A stretch of 63,996 nt of DNA, the filler included, from Malassezia furfur (lineage: Eukaryota), in NCBI GenBank assembly GCA_052055015.1. It is 26 parts of 26 records of this genome, joined end to end, with 100 filler letters (N's around TTAATTAATTAA, not from the genome) between each part and the next. Parts side by side here need not be neighbours in the genome. Positions count along the whole stretch, not along the records: positions 10,094 to 12,505 come from JBQJIT010000918.1; positions 12,606 to 15,017 come from JBQJIT010000919.1; positions 15,118 to 17,522 come from JBQJIT010000920.1; positions 17,623 to 20,019 come from JBQJIT010000921.1; positions 20,120 to 22,513 come from JBQJIT010000922.1; 21 more parts are not named here. The stretch is one strand, 5' to 3'. The translations under genes were made by a program, and so were the position numbers. Positions 10,094 to 22,613 of this stretch are shown one piece after another. The notes below the pieces were generated by a model. It worked only from the letters and a program-made list of their open reading frames with translations. It was not told the origin of the DNA and searched no databases. Position 1 is the stretch's first letter, and each line of letters begins with the position of its first letter.

Positions 10094-11585
10094 CCCACGA
10101 CATGTAGTGCCCGGCGTCGGCCGCCGCGCCCTTGTGCGTGACGATCGCTGCAAGGTCGTACAACGCGCTCGGGTTGCACCCTGTGTCGCTCTTTAGTTCG
10201 GGGTCGATCACGGCCTCAATGTCGGCGCGCTCCTTGGCACGCAACGCGCGCTCCTCGTCGTCGGTGATCGCGTTGCCCTCTTGTCGCTCGGGGGCTTCGG
10301 CGGGTGCCTCACCCGAGGCCTCACGCGCCTTGGACGCGTCCTGCTGGCGTGCCTTGACGCGGCGGCGCACCTTGGCGCGCTCCTCGCGCTCCTTCGCCAC
10401 GGCCTTCACCTTCTGGCTAAGGGGCGCGACGCGCTGTTTCAGGTCGTCGGTGGCAAACACACTCGCGTCCAGCTCAAGCGGGAACTTGACTTTGCGCATA
10501 ATCTTGGTTTTTCTGTGTGAGTCGCGACGACGTACTTGTTGATGTCGCGGCGCCAGTAGAAACGCACAAAGTGCACAGAGAGGTACATGGGCAGACGTGC
10601 GATGCGGCTCTGCTCGGTGTACAGCGCCGTGCGGCCCAGGTGCTCTGAGTGCTTTTCAATCTGCTGCGTGAGCGTCTCGAGGATGCCCGCAGTCATCTCG
10701 TTCGTGGTGCTCGAAATGTTGCACTGCAGCACCAGGAACGGGTCGCTGTGCTGCGTCTTGGGCTCCTCGGGCGTCTCAGGAATCGAACGCCTGCGTCAGC
10801 CAGTCACGCACTCAATCGCCATGTGTCCGGTGAGGTATTCTTGCACAAAACGGTCCTGCCCACCGTTCAGTGCAAGGTAGGTACCGAGCGCGTTGAGGAT
10901 ACGCACGTACGCCTCTTCGGCGTCCTGCTGCGCAAAGCCACCGCCACCCTGTGCCATTTCGGCAAACTGCGGCGCGACCTTGCGCAGCAGCGTCAGGAAC
11001 ACCAGCGGAGGGAACGCCTCCGGCGCCTTGTTCATCTCGCGGAACAGGTCGCGCAGCGATGCCGTGAGGCTCGCCTCGCCGTCGCTCGCGCCGACGCTGC
11101 CCGCGTACTGCTCGAGTGCCGTGCTAAGTTCAGGAATGCACCGCAGCACCTGGAGCGTCGAGTTTAAATAGCACGTATTGCCGAGGTTTACGAGTCCGAC
11201 CTTGTGACCGCTCTGTGGTGAGCCCATGGACACGTACGGCCTGCGCGATCTCGTCGTCCTGCATGTCTTCGAGGAACTGCACGGGCTTGGCCGGCGCTTG
11301 AGGCAGCGCACCCGCGGCACCCAGCACCATGAACTGCTGACCCTGTGTGAGCCAAAGGACGTACGGCACGCGCGCCAATCTTGGACAGGTCCGTGTCGTC
11401 CTTGAGCAGGCCGCCCTTGACCATCACCTTTTGGCGCTCCGGGGGGACGTGCGTCAGCTCTGCGATCGCGTCCTTGAACGCGCGGCCCTGCGCACTTGTG
11501 TCGAGCTGCACATCGTACTGCGTAAGACATGCACTCCACGCACCACTTTCCCGTTGTGCTTGACTTTCACCGGAACCGTGCTCAT
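10094..11585 (-). CDS. UBP6: Proteasome deubiquitinase Ubp6/USP14 (3' partial); introns 11518-11543, 11343-11364, 11213-11237, 10791-10811, 10513-10535
   Basis: Ubl domain (VPPERQKVMVKGGLLKDD), GLVNLGNTCYLNSTLQ, QQDAEE, FVRFYWRRDINKKTKIMRKVKFP, THKGAAADAGHYMSW. Five micro-introns restore one frame. Confidence 0.97.
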
Positions 11586-11688
11586 CTTAGCCATGAGCGA
11601 CGCCGTGGCGCCGCGCGCCGCGCCGCGACGCGTGGCTCGACCGTTGCGCTCGGCCGAAGAAAAAAAGTGGTGCCCCTTCAGCTCCACG

Positions 11689-12505
11689 ATGGCCAAGGTC
11701 GCGAAACGCACCAAAAAGTTCGTCAAGAACCGGCTCGAGCAGACGCTGCAAGATCGGCGCGACCACAAGAAGCGCTCGGCGCATGTGCGCGAGCGCCAGG
11801 CCAAGCAGGCGCGCCGGCCTGAGCGCGCGGCGCACGACGACGAGGACGAGGACGACGCGCCGGTGCACGACGCACCGCAGGACACGTGCGTTGCGAATGA
11901 CTGACGCAGGCCCGCGAATGACGTGGACGCCTTTTTGCAGGGCGGATTTGAGGCCGACATGGGCAGCGAGAGCGAGGATGACGATGCGAGCATCGCGGAC
12001 GATGCCGACCTCGACGCCATGGACGACGTGTCGGACGACGAGGGCGGGCATGTACAGGACCTCGAGAAGCTCAAGGAGACAGACCCCGAGTTCTATAAGT
12101 ACCTACAGGAGAACGACCGCGACCTGCTGCAGTTTGGGCAGGGCGGCGACGAGGCCGAGGCGATGGACGCCGACGACGACGACGAGTCCGAGGCGAGCGA
12201 CGAGGATGCGATCCCTGTGGTGACGCCCGAGATGCTGCGCCAGTGGCAGCGTGCGCTGCTGCGGCACAACTCACTGCGTGCATTGCGCCGCCTGTTGCTC
12301 GCGTTCCGCTCGGCGGTGTATACGGGCGACGAGGAGGGCGAGTATGCCTATCGCATTGAGGACGGTCCCATCTTTTCCAAGGTGCTCCTCACTACGCTGA
12401 AATACACGCCCAAGGTCGTGGCCCACCATGCGCCTGCGCGGCGCCTGGCCGACGGCCGGTACAAGGTGCCGACGCACACGAAGAAGTGGAGCACGTTGGT
12501 GCGCC
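11689..12505 (+). CDS. NOC2: Nucleolar complex protein Noc2 (3' partial); intron 11886-11909
   Basis: MAKVAKRTKKFVKNRL...DLEKLKETDPEFYKYLQENDRDLLQF...SLRALRRLLLAFRSAV. Confidence 0.92.
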
Positions 12506-12605
12506 NNNNNNNNNNNNNNNNNNNNNNNNNNNNNNNNNNNNNNNNNNNNTTAATTAATTAANNNNNNNNNNNNNNNNNNNNNNNNNNNNNNNNNNNNNNN
12601 NNNNN

Positions 12606-14915
12606 GCGCACCGTCGGCCGCGTGCGCGCCTTGGCGGACTCGGCGCGCGGCTTGGGCCACTCGTCGTGCAGGTGCGCCCCGACGAGACGCGCCGCGGCCT
12701 GCGCCGTGACCCGCACCGCGTTGCCCTCGATCACCGCGGGGTTGCGCGTGGCGATGCCCTTCAGCAGGAAGGTGTTCAAGAAGAGCGAGATGACCAGCAC
12801 GACCGACAGCCACTTGCTCACGACAGGGTCGCTCAGGCCGACCTTCCACGCGTGCATGAAGCTGTCGAGCGCCGACAGCGCCGGCGCACGCGACGTCGCC
12901 GCCTGCGCGCCGCGGCCCAGGCGGCCCAGCAGCGAGCCGGAGGACGCCGAGGAGGCCGACGCGCCGCGCACGCCGCTCGCGTTCACCGCCGCGTCCAGCA
13001 GCAAGCTCGCGCGCCCAGGCGCGCCCTGCGTCTGGTCGACCAGCACCACCACCGTCGGCGGGCTCACAATCACGCTCAGGTCCGCGTCCGCGGGCTGCGT
13101 CGCGGCGTACGCGTCGAGCAGCTTCGCCAGCGCGGGGTTTGTCAAGCTCGCGTCGCACACCGACGACGCACCGAGCGCCTGGTCGTACAGCGTCGGCGCA
13201 CGCGATGTGTGGTGCCGCTCGAGCGTCGTGTGCAGCGAGAGCGTCGACAGCAGGTTGAACGCGTGCAGCGACACGAGCGTCAGCAGCAGCAGCAGTTTGA
13301 GGCGCGCCAGCGGGTGCTCGATCGGGCGCAAAACACGCTCCCACCACCGCAGCGCACGGCGCGGCGGCGCGGCGTGCGTGCGCTTCGGCTCGGCGGGCGC
13401 TTCGCTCGCCGCGTCGTCCACCGCGGCCGGCGCCGGCGCATCGGTGCGGCGCACGCGCTGCACCTCGAGCACGACGCACAGCACCGCCACAAAGAACGTG
13501 AACAGCAGCGTCGCGTCGTACACGAGAATCAGCGCGGCCAGCTGGCAGAACTCGCGCAGGCCACTGATGCCGCTGCACGCGCCGACCAGCAGGATGCTGA
13601 TCTCGATCGCATACGCACGCACCAGGCCACCGCACGTCGTGTGCAGCGCATGCGCAGCCACCTCGCGCACGGGCGTCGCAGCGACAAACGCACCGAGCGC
13701 CTGCTCGCGCTGCACCCGCTGCGTGAGCGCCTGCACAAAGCGCTGCTCGGGCGTGATGATGTCCGACAGCGCGTCGTTGTCGGCATCCGCATCGGCGGGC
13801 GCCGGCGCCGGCGGCTTGGCAAAGAACGCACGCGTCAACACGTACGGCTTCTCAAACCCGACCGTGATCACCAAAAAGGGCAGCGCCTCGGACAGCAGAA
13901 TCGGGTCGACGGGGATGTGGAGCATATGCGCCGTGACCAGCGCAAAGAAGAAGGCAAACGTGCTCGACAGCAGCACACACGTGCCCAGCCAGAAGCCCGA
14001 CGGGAAATGCCGCATCGACAGATACAGGTGCAAGAAGGAGCCGTGCATCAGAATGTACGCCCCGAGCAGCACCGTAAAGTCGATGCGCTCCGCACTGCGG
14101 ATCAGCGTCCAGAGCCGCTGGAAGACGCGGCGCACAAACGACCCCACAAAGTGCACGGAGAAGTAGCGCACATCGCTGTGCTCCGTCGAGGGCACCAGCG
14201 GCTGCACCCACAGCGCACCGTTGCGCCAGCGCGCGACTTCGGCCGCGTCGCCCGCCGACTGCGGCACAAGCGCCGCAAGTGCCGCATCGAGCGCCGCGTT
14301 GAGCGTCGCGGGGCCCAGCTTGCGGTGCACCGCAAGCCGCTCGTATGCACTGATCCCATGCGTGATGCACCCAATCACCTCGGCCACCGTGTCGTTGCCC
14401 GTGTCGTGCACCGGCACAGGCGCAAACGCGCACTCCGACGCGCTCTGCAGCGAGCGCGCCAGCGGCGGGAGCACGGCGGTGCGCCGCAGCGTGCGCGCCG
14501 CCTCCGTGCCCGCGGGTCCGTCGGTGACCACGACCCACTCGAGGTACTGCGTCTGGGCATGGTCGAAGAACGCGTGGATGTCGTCCAGCGCCCCGTTCTG
14601 CTCGACCTCGAGCAGCGGGCGCCACACATCGCCCGCACGGCGCACAAACACGGGGCGCCGCGCCGCGGCCAGCACCGCACCGGGCGACGCAGTGCCCGCG
14701 CGCTGCGCCGAGAGCGTCACGACGTCCGACAGGCTCGAGAAGAGCAGCGAGTGCGTGATCGCATGCACGATGTAGAAGTACGCGAACGTCGCCAGCACAA
14801 ACACCAGCACAATCACCTCGATGGGGTGCCGTGCAGCCTTGGACGCCGCCGCGGCAATCTTCGCCGCGGGGTAGCTGAGCCGCGCGCGCGCGCTCCGCTC
14901 GCGCAGATCCTCCAT
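12606..14915 (-). CDS. HMG1: HMG-CoA reductase, membrane and sterol-sensing half (catalytic domain off-contig)
   Basis: ARHPIEVIV (HPIH domain), LLSEALPFLVITVGFEKP, SGISGLREFCQLAALIL, DPVVSKWLSVVLVISLFLN. Confidence 0.93.
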
Positions 14916-14953
14916 GTGCGAAGCCAACCAGCGCCGCCGTCGTCCGCTGCTAT

Positions 14954-14963
14954 GTCACGTGAC
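14954..14963. promoter_or_regulatory. Palindromic E-box GTCACGTGAC about 40 bp upstream of the HMG1 ATG
   Basis: Perfect 10-bp palindrome with a bHLH-type core (Cbf1/SREBP class), overlapping TGACGT. Function is inferred. Confidence 0.5.
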
Positions 14964-15117
14964 GTGGGGTCCTACGTACGCCGGCCACGCGCCGCGCCGC
15001 GGGGGGCGCCGCGCGGCNNNNNNNNNNNNNNNNNNNNNNNNNNNNNNNNNNNNNNNNNNNNTTAATTAATTAANNNNNNNNNNNNNNNNNNNNNNNNNNN
15101 NNNNNNNNNNNNNNNNN

Positions 15118-17522
15118 GTGCTCGGGCGGCGGCGGGTCGAACGAGGCGCGCGTGCGGCGCACCGTGCGGCGGTGCGCGGGCAGCGGCGCGACTTCGAGTG
15201 CGACGAGCAGCTGCCTCGGCCCCCAGTAGCGCAGCGCGAGGCCTGGCGCCGCGGCGCGCGCGCGCGGCAGGACGCGGCGCAGGCCGTCGAGGAGCGCGAC
15301 GTGCTCCTCGGCGCCCAGCACCGTCTGGAAGTCGCGCAAAAGCAGCGTCGCGAAGAAGGCCATCGACACGTAGTCCGCGAGCGCCTCGCTCTGCACCACG
15401 AGGTCCTTGAGCAGCTGCACCTGCAGCGACGTCCACCCGAACGGCGGCTTGGCGGTGCGTGCGGCCTCGGCGCTCTGCGCAAACGCGGGGAGCAGCGTGC
15501 GCGCCGCCGGGGCGTCGGCGCCCACGACGCTCTCGAGCAGCGGGCCGTACTGCTCGGCAACGACGCGCCGGCGCGCGCGCTCGAGGATGTGCGTGCTCGG
15601 GACATGGAGCAGCGGGCAGGTGAGCAGGTCGATCCCGTACGTGTCGCACGCGAGCAGGCCCAGCAGCAGCGCGGGGTTCGCCGTGTCGTGCATCCCCGCG
15701 CACTCGTAGCCGACGTCGAGGTGCGTGTCGGTGGTCGCGACGCGCAGGCGCAGCGCCTCGTGCAGCAGCGTCTCGAGCGACGGCGCACGCCCGGGCGCCT
15801 GCGCCCGGGCGCGGAAGGAGCGCGCCAGCAGCGTCGACACCACGCCGTCCAGCAGGCGCACGACATGCGCGAGCCGCCGCCGGTAGCCGACGAGCCCGAG
15901 CAGCTTGGCGACCGCGCCGAGCGTCGCGATCTGGTCGGTCGCGGGCAGCGTACGCAGCGCGGGCGTCAGCGCGGTGCACGCGGCGCGCGCAATCTCGTCG
16001 CGGTACACGCCCGAGTTGGCCGACAGTTCGGTGTGCCGCGCGCTGCCGGCCACGAGCGCGGGGGGTGTGCCGCCAAACAGCATCTGGTCGAACGCCTCGC
16101 CGTTCCACCCGCCCGACGCCCACACGGCGAGCAGGAAGCGCGCATACGCTAAGCACGCCGAGACATGCACGAGCGGCGGCGTATAGTCGCGGGGCGTGTC
16201 GCTCGTCACGGAGCGCTGCGCCTCGAGCTGCACCTGCGGCGGCGCAAGGCACTTGGCGTACACGGTGAGCGCGAGCGCGTACGCCTCGGCAATGTCCTTC
16301 CATGCGAGCGCGGGGATGACGGGCTCGCGCACCTCCTTGTCCTTGTCCTTGTCCTTGTCCTTGGCCTGGTGCAGGGTGAAGGCGAGGCACGGCGCCTCGC
16401 TGTGCGCCGCGCCGCCGAGGCGCGCGACAAGCATCCGCGCGACCGCCCAGCCCTCGAGCGCAGACGCGAACCACACCGCGTCCTGGCCGCCGGCCAGCGC
16501 GCGCTCGCGGTTCGACACGGTGAGCAGGGTGTCGTAGAGCTCAAGCGCGCCCCACAGGTCGCCGCTCAGCAGCGCGAGGTCGCCGCGCACCTTGGTGTGC
16601 CGCGCGGAGCCGAGCGGGCCCGTGGCGGGCAGCGCGGCGGGCGTAGGCGTGGCCGAGGTGCGCCGCTTGCTCAGCGCACCAAACACCTTGGACGCCGCGC
16701 CGGGCGGCGGCGTCGACACGGCCTGCGCGTGGCGCGGCGGGAGCGGCGGCGCATCGAGCGGCGTGTGCCCGCGCCCCCACACGTTCGTCGCGCTCTTGTT
16801 CATCGCCGCGCGGATCGCGGGCGACACGGTGTCGGTGAGCGTCTCGCGCGGCGTCTCGAGCGGCGTGCCTTCGAGGGCGCCGACGAGCGTGTCGAGCTGG
16901 TCGAGCAGCGCGCCGACGAACTCGGCGAGCTGCGTGCGCAGGTAGAACCGCACGTCCTTTGCATCGCGCCGCACCGCGGGGAACACAAAGAGCCCGCCGT
17001 CGCGGCGCCCACCGAATCCAGGCGCGTGCGTCGACGGCGGCTGGAAGTCGGACGCGGGCTCCTCGGCCGTGACGCCCAGGTCGCCGTCGCCCGCAGCCGC
17101 GCGCGCATCCTCGTCGTTCGGGTCGACGTCAAACGCAAACACGCGGTGCACGAGCGCGTTGGGGTGCGCGGACCGCAGGTGCCCCGCGACGTGGGGCAGC
17201 TCCTGGCTGCACGCGGGCGTACGTGCGTCGTAGGTCGTCAGGCCCAGCACACCGAGCACCTGCTCGTGCAGCTGGAGCGGCGCAAGGTACGCATGCGCGG
17301 GGTCGTACGTCGTCGCGAACGAGATGTGCACCTCGCCCTGCTGGTACAGCGGGCTCGAGGGGAACACGTTCGACTTGGCCCGCGGCACGTCGCGCAGGCG
17401 CAGGCAGTCAAAGTTGCGCACAAACGACGCCCACTTTTCAAACTCGGCATTCTCCAGCGGCGACGCAGGCACCAGCAGCACCTTGATCTTGGCCGGCGCA
17501 CAGAACGACGCCGTGCCGTGCG
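15118..17522 (-). CDS. TRS120: TRAPP II subunit Trs120/TRAPPC9 (partial at both ends)
   Basis: KVLLVP...FEKWASFVRNF, KVRGDLALLSGDL, DAVWFASALEG, RFLLAVWASGGW, LVGYRRR, PFGWTSLQVQLLKD. Confidence 0.88.
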
Positions 17523-17622
17523 NNNNNNNNNNNNNNNNNNNNNNNNNNNNNNNNNNNNNNNNNNNNTTAATTAATTAANNNNNNNNNNNNNNNNNNNNNN
17601 NNNNNNNNNNNNNNNNNNNNNN

Positions 17623-18380
17623 GTGCGCCGCGCTGGCGCTGCGGGCAGCGGCGGAGGAGACGCAGAACGCTTGCGCGCGGCACGCGGCGCCGCTTCCGAC
17701 GGCGAGGCACGCGCGCCGCGCGGCTTCGCGTCCGCGGCCGCGTCCTTGCGCGCTGGCTTCGCGCGCACACCAGACGCATTCCACTTGCCGGGCCACGCGG
17801 CAAAGCCGCCGCGGTCGCCCAGCAGGCAGATAGCATCGTAGGCCGCGTCATCTACGGGCTGGACACTCAGGCGCGAGCGGTGCAGCAGCGGCATCGCGGC
17901 CACGCTCGCGAGCTGCGCGTCACTGAGGTACGCGACATCCGCACGCTCCGACTCGCTCAGGCCCTCGGCAAGGTGCTGCAGCAGCGCCAGCGGCACAAAG
18001 TGCGGCAGGCGGCGCACAAACTGCACGTCCACGCGGTACCACCGCGGGTCGTCTGGGCGCGTGTGCGGGTCAAAGTACGGGTGCTCGGCGTCCCACGCCG
18101 TGGGGTCCGGGTACCCCTCGCGACACACCTCGGCGAGCGCCGCAACACCTACAGGTAAGACACGCAGATACGTACCCGGGAGTTTGGTGTTGCTGTGGTA
18201 GAACAGCACACGGTGCCCCACCTTCATCTCGTCGCGGAGAAAATTGCGCGCCTGGTAGTTGCGCACGCCCTCCCATGGCGAGGTGCGCACGCGCTCAAAC
18301 GTCTCTGCGCTGAACGACACATCCACGCCGCGCACGCGGCGTTCGTCCGGCTCCGCCTTCAGCAGCCAATGCGTGGGCAT
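17623..18380 (-). CDS. EVE-domain protein (THYN1-like), 3' partial; in-frame 27-nt intron 18149-18175
   Basis: HWLLKAEP, PWEGVRNYQARNFLRDEMKVGHRVLFYHSN, EGYPDPTAWD..HPYFDP, RSRLSVQPV. Confidence 0.92.
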
Positions 18381-18453
18381 GGGGCACTCCCTCCACATAT
18401 GCGGGGCTTGTGGGGTGCGTCGGGCTGCGGTACGGGCTGCGGCGAGTACTATC

Positions 18454-19129
18454 ATGGCGCGCCTGGGGGCCTGGTATCACCACTGTTTCGAGACGCGCCC
18501 GTGGGCGACGCTGATCGCCACCAACGGCACGCTCACGCTCGTGGCCGACGCGCTGGCGCAGAGCTACGAGCGCGAAAAAACCGCACTCGCACGCGAGCAT
18601 GAGAAAATTTTGCCCACGCCGACCGAGCATGTCCCGTGGGACTGGCACCGCTCGGGACGCTTCCTGCTCTTTGGCTCCGCGATGGCGCCGCTCCTCGGCG
18701 AGTGGAACCACTTCCTGGAGCACCGATTCCCGATGCGCAGCCCGACGGGCAAAATTATCGCAATGGGCCTCGTCCGCCGCGTCGCGATGGACCAGCTGCT
18801 GTTGTACGTGGCGCGCTCACCCCAGCGCACCGTTCGGCCTCGCGATGTTTGTCGGCTCCATGGGCATCATGGAGGGGCGCCGCACGCTCGACTCGCTCCA
18901 GGCCAAGTTCCACGACGTACGTCGCGCTCGCACTCACCGATCAGGTCTATGGCCCCGCGCTGCTCGCCAACTGGTCGATCTGGCCGCTGCTCCAGCTGTT
19001 CAACTTTGGCGTCCTCCCGTTGCGGTACGCTGCGCAGCCCACTCACACAGCTTCCGCGTGCCGTTCTCGGCGTCGTGCGGCGTCGCATGGACGCTCTATC
19101 TCTCGATCCTGAACCAAAAGGATGTGTAG
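18454..19129 (+). CDS. SYM1: Mpv17/PMP22 family protein (Sym1-like); introns 18804-18825, 18917-18944, 19025-19050
   Basis: Spliced: VADALAQ...WDWHRSGRFLLFG...RRVAMDQLLFAPFGL...ALLANWSIWPLLQLFNFGVLPLRFRVPF...WTLYLSILN. Confidence 0.9.
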
Positions 19130-19153
19130 ATAAGGAGTACGTACGTGCGTGCA

Positions 19154-20019
19154 TTAGATATATACAGAGGTGTGCTCCAAGTTCTCAAACGTGTCCTGCG
19201 GCGTCTTGACCTGCAGGTCGTACCAGCGCCCAGAGCGGTCCGCCCCGTTCAGCACCGCAATCAGCACCCACCACGCCTGCCAGTCGACCGCCGGCACAAT
19301 CACATGGCCCTCCTTGATGGTCGACAGCCAGCTCTTCCACGCCATCGCGCTCCACGCACCGCTCGGCGAGGGGTACGGGCACGGGATGCCGATGTCGAGC
19401 TCCCCGGGCTTGGGGCGGTACGCGCGCTCCGCACGCACCGCCTGGTCGCCGGGCGGGGGGAATCGCTCGGCAAACATGTTCGAGTCAAAGATGCACTTGT
19501 TCAGATACTCCAGCTCCCACCCGCACTCAAACACCCACCGCGACGTGCCGAGCTGCTGCAGCACAAACTGCGCCGACGCACAGCTCAGCCCCATCGGCGT
19601 CTGGACGTGGCTCGGCCGCAGCCGCGTCCGCGCCCAGCGGTAGTCGCCGTGCTCCTCGCCCCCGGGCGACACGCGCAGCGCCTCGGGCACCCCGTCGAGG
19701 CGCTGGAAGCCGTACGCGCCCTGCACCGCGTCCGCCTCGACGCACGGCGACGGCGCCGCACGCCCGCGCACATGCGCGCCCGTGACGCCGCGCAGCGGCG
19801 GCAGCGTCTCGCGGCCCATCTCGTGCGCCAGGTAGTGCCGCACCCGCACCGTCTCGTACTCGGCCACCCAGTTGAACAGGCTCGAGAACAGCGCGCTCCA
19901 GTCGCCCCACGTGCGCTGCAGCGTGTGCCGCGCGAGCCGCGGCACGCCGGGCGAGCGCCGCGGCGCACCGTCGCCCTCGGCGGAGACGCCCGTCGCAAAC
20001 GACGCGGCCTCGTCGGCGG
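19154..20019 (-). CDS. Hypothetical protein, C-terminal part (5' partial)
   Basis: Complex, Trp-rich open frame (WKSWLSTIKEGHVIVPAVDWQAWWVLIAVLNGADRSGR). Family not recognised. Confidence 0.6.
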
Positions 20020-20119
20020 NNNNNNNNNNNNNNNNNNNNNNNNNNNNNNNNNNNNNNNNNNNNTTAATTAATTAANNNNNNNNNNNNNNNNNNNNNNNNN
20101 NNNNNNNNNNNNNNNNNNN

Positions 20120-21008
20120 CGGACGCACGGTGCAGGATAGCTACGTTGTCGCGCCATTGCCCGGCGACAAACACATAGTCGTCGTCGAGCGCAAGCGCCT
20201 GCACGCGGTACGCCTCGTGCAGTGTATTGTCGAGGGGGTAGGTGCGCACGACGCGCGCGGTCGCAATGTCCGTCTCGACGTACTGGTCGTCCTTTTTGCT
20301 GCATGAGCCACGCACGTACCAAGCGAGTACCGGGTAGAAGAGGCACAGCGCGCGCCCCGGCTCGGCCCACGAGCGGTGCCACACATAGTGGCCGCGCGCC
20401 GCGCCGTGTGCGCCGTGTGCCGCGCGCCACAGGTGCGCGCGCGTCGGCATGTACTCGTCGTGCAGCAGCCATCCGTGCGAGACGCCGAGGTGCTTGCGGG
20501 AGAGGACGTCGTCCTGTACGGCCGGCGTCGCCCACAGGACCGCGCCGGTCGCGGCGTCGAGCGCACGCAGGTTCGCCGACGTGCTCTCGATCACGATGCC
20601 TTGCGACGTGCTGGGTGAGCGGGGGCCGACGTACTCGAGGGCGACGCGCTCGACGTGCGCTGGAGCCTCTTCGGCGTCGGGCGGGCGGTAGACGGTGCGC
20701 CGGGGGTGCAGCGCCGCGGGTATAGGGTGTGTGCGCCCCCACGCACGCCTGCGTGCGTGCCAGCGGCGCTGGACGTCGCACAGGGTCGCGGCGCTGGCAA
20801 ACACCGGCACGGTGCTGTGGAGCGCCGCGTCGAGGGGCGTGTCGCGTGCGGCGCGCGCCCACACGCTTTCGTCGAGGCACACGGCGTGCCATTCTGTGTG
20901 AGCAGGGAGCGGGAGCGTACCTCGGCACACGCGGCACGCGCGCGCGAGGTCCCACGGGTCGAGCCACGCAAGTACCGCCGCGAGCACCTCGGGCGGTACC
21001 GCGTGCAT
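20120..21008 (-). CDS. F-box protein with beta-propeller-like region (paralog A, 3' partial); in-frame introns 20894-20920 and 20299-20319
   Basis: MHAVPPEVLAAVLAWLDPWDLARACRVCREWHAVCLDESVW is an F-box once the 27-nt intron is removed. Confidence 0.8.
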
Positions 21009-21078
21009 GCGTGGCAGGTGGAGGTGGGGCGCACGGGCGCAGGCCAGGCACAAGGGAAGTGGGAGGAGTCTAGGGGAC

Positions 21079-22513
21079 CTATGGCGTGGGCTCCCGCTCG
21101 GGCTCCCGCTCGGGCGCGGGCTCGGGCTCGGACTCTGACTCGGGCTCGGAGCTCGCGAGGATCGAGTCTGCCTCTGCCTCGAGCTCTTGCAAGGCAAAGT
21201 CCAGTGCGGGGCTCGCGAGCTCGGCGTCCATGTCCGAGGTGTCAGCGTCCGCGTCGGCGTCCGCGTCGGCGTCCGGCTGCGCCTCGGCGGTGAGGAGCGC
21301 GATGTGGTCGAGCGGCATGGGCGGCGGCGTCGCGGCGGTCGCATGGTCGAGCGTCTCGGGCGGCTTGGCGCGGTCGTCAAAGTGGAAGCCGGTCACCATG
21401 CTCGAGTCGTGGTGCAGGCACTCGGCCTGGTAGCCGGGCGGGAAGTCGTCGGGCGACACGTTGATCTCGCGGTCGAGGGCCTGCCGCGTGACGCAGTAGA
21501 CGCCCGTGGCGTCCATCTGGACGCAGCTGCACCCGCGGAACTGGTCGATGGGCCCCGTGAACCAGTCGAACGCGTTCGGCGGGTCGGACCACTCGTACAC
21601 GGCAAAGGGCACGTCGATGCGCCGCCCGTCGGCGTCGCGCCCGTGCGTCGGCGCATTCAGGTCGAGCACGGTGAGCGTCTCGTACACGGCGGCGACGCGG
21701 CCGTTGGCGACGCTCAGCTGCCCGTGCATTTCGGTGCGCGGGCGGCGGCGGAACTGCGGCGCGTCGTCGGTGCCGTCGGCGGGCGGCACGTCGCGCTCCG
21801 TGGCAAAGAGGTGCATGCGCAGCGGCTGCGTCGGTGTCTCGCCCGCGAGCACCGCGCGGTAGTCGGGCACGAGGAGCAGCCCCGACTCGCCGAGCACGAC
21901 GAGCGTGCGCGCGTCGCGGTCAAAGTGCACCGCGTGCCAGGCGTAGCACAGCTGTGCGGGGTCGCGCGGCGCGCGGTGCGCGAGCTGCGCGAGCCAGCGC
22001 GGGGCGCGCACGCGCTCCTGCTCGCGGAGGAGCAGCGCGTGGCGCTCGCCCGTGGTGCGCGGCACGGAGCGGAAGCAGTGCGGCACGCCGTGGCGCTGGA
22101 CGTGCTCGGCGAGCGTCCAGACGACCGCGCCCGTGTCGCGCCGCAGCGCCGAGACGCGGTTCGCGCCGAAGCCTACGAGAAAGAGGTAGGTGTCGTCGAA
22201 CTCGATGTAGTGGATGTTGCGGTGCACATGCAGCGTGTCGTCGAGCGGGACGCGGCGCACGAGCGACTTGGTGCGCACGTCGAGCTCCGCGTACGTGTCA
22301 AAGATGGTGACGCTGCGTCAGGCGGCAACACAACGTACAAGGCGAGCGTGGGGAACTGCAGGCGGTACGCGCGCACCATCTCGGGCACGTCGAGGATCGT
22401 GTAGCGCACAAACTCGCCGCGGTGCGCTTCGTGCGCGTCCGGCACGAGGCGCGCGCTGCGCCAGATCTCAAAGTGCCCCGGCGCGTCGCGGTCGAACACG
22501 AGCCAGCCGTTGT
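21079..22513 (-). CDS. Paralog B of the adjacent F-box/propeller protein (5' partial); intron 22313-22338
   Basis: GWLVFDR...FEIWR...RGEFV...RAYRLQFPTLAF...PLDDTLH...IHYIEFDDTYLFLVG aligns by eye with paralog A. Acidic tail. Confidence 0.7.
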
Positions 22514-22613
22514 NNNNNNNNNNNNNNNNNNNNNNNNNNNNNNNNNNNNNNNNNNNNTTAATTAATTAANNNNNNNNNNNNNNNNNNNNNNNNNNNNNNN
22601 NNNNNNNNNNNNN

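Noticed and set aside
6399..11585. Frameshifts and stops in RAD50, UBP6, SYM1, NTA1, CARM1 and IST1 suggesting pseudogenes, programmed frameshifting or an alternative genetic code
   Set aside because: Each break is repaired exactly by a GT..CTVAC..YAG micro-intron.
17623..18380. EVE domain as part of a prokaryotic modification-dependent defence system
   Set aside because: Stand-alone, intron-containing THYN1-like eukaryotic gene with no adjacent nuclease.
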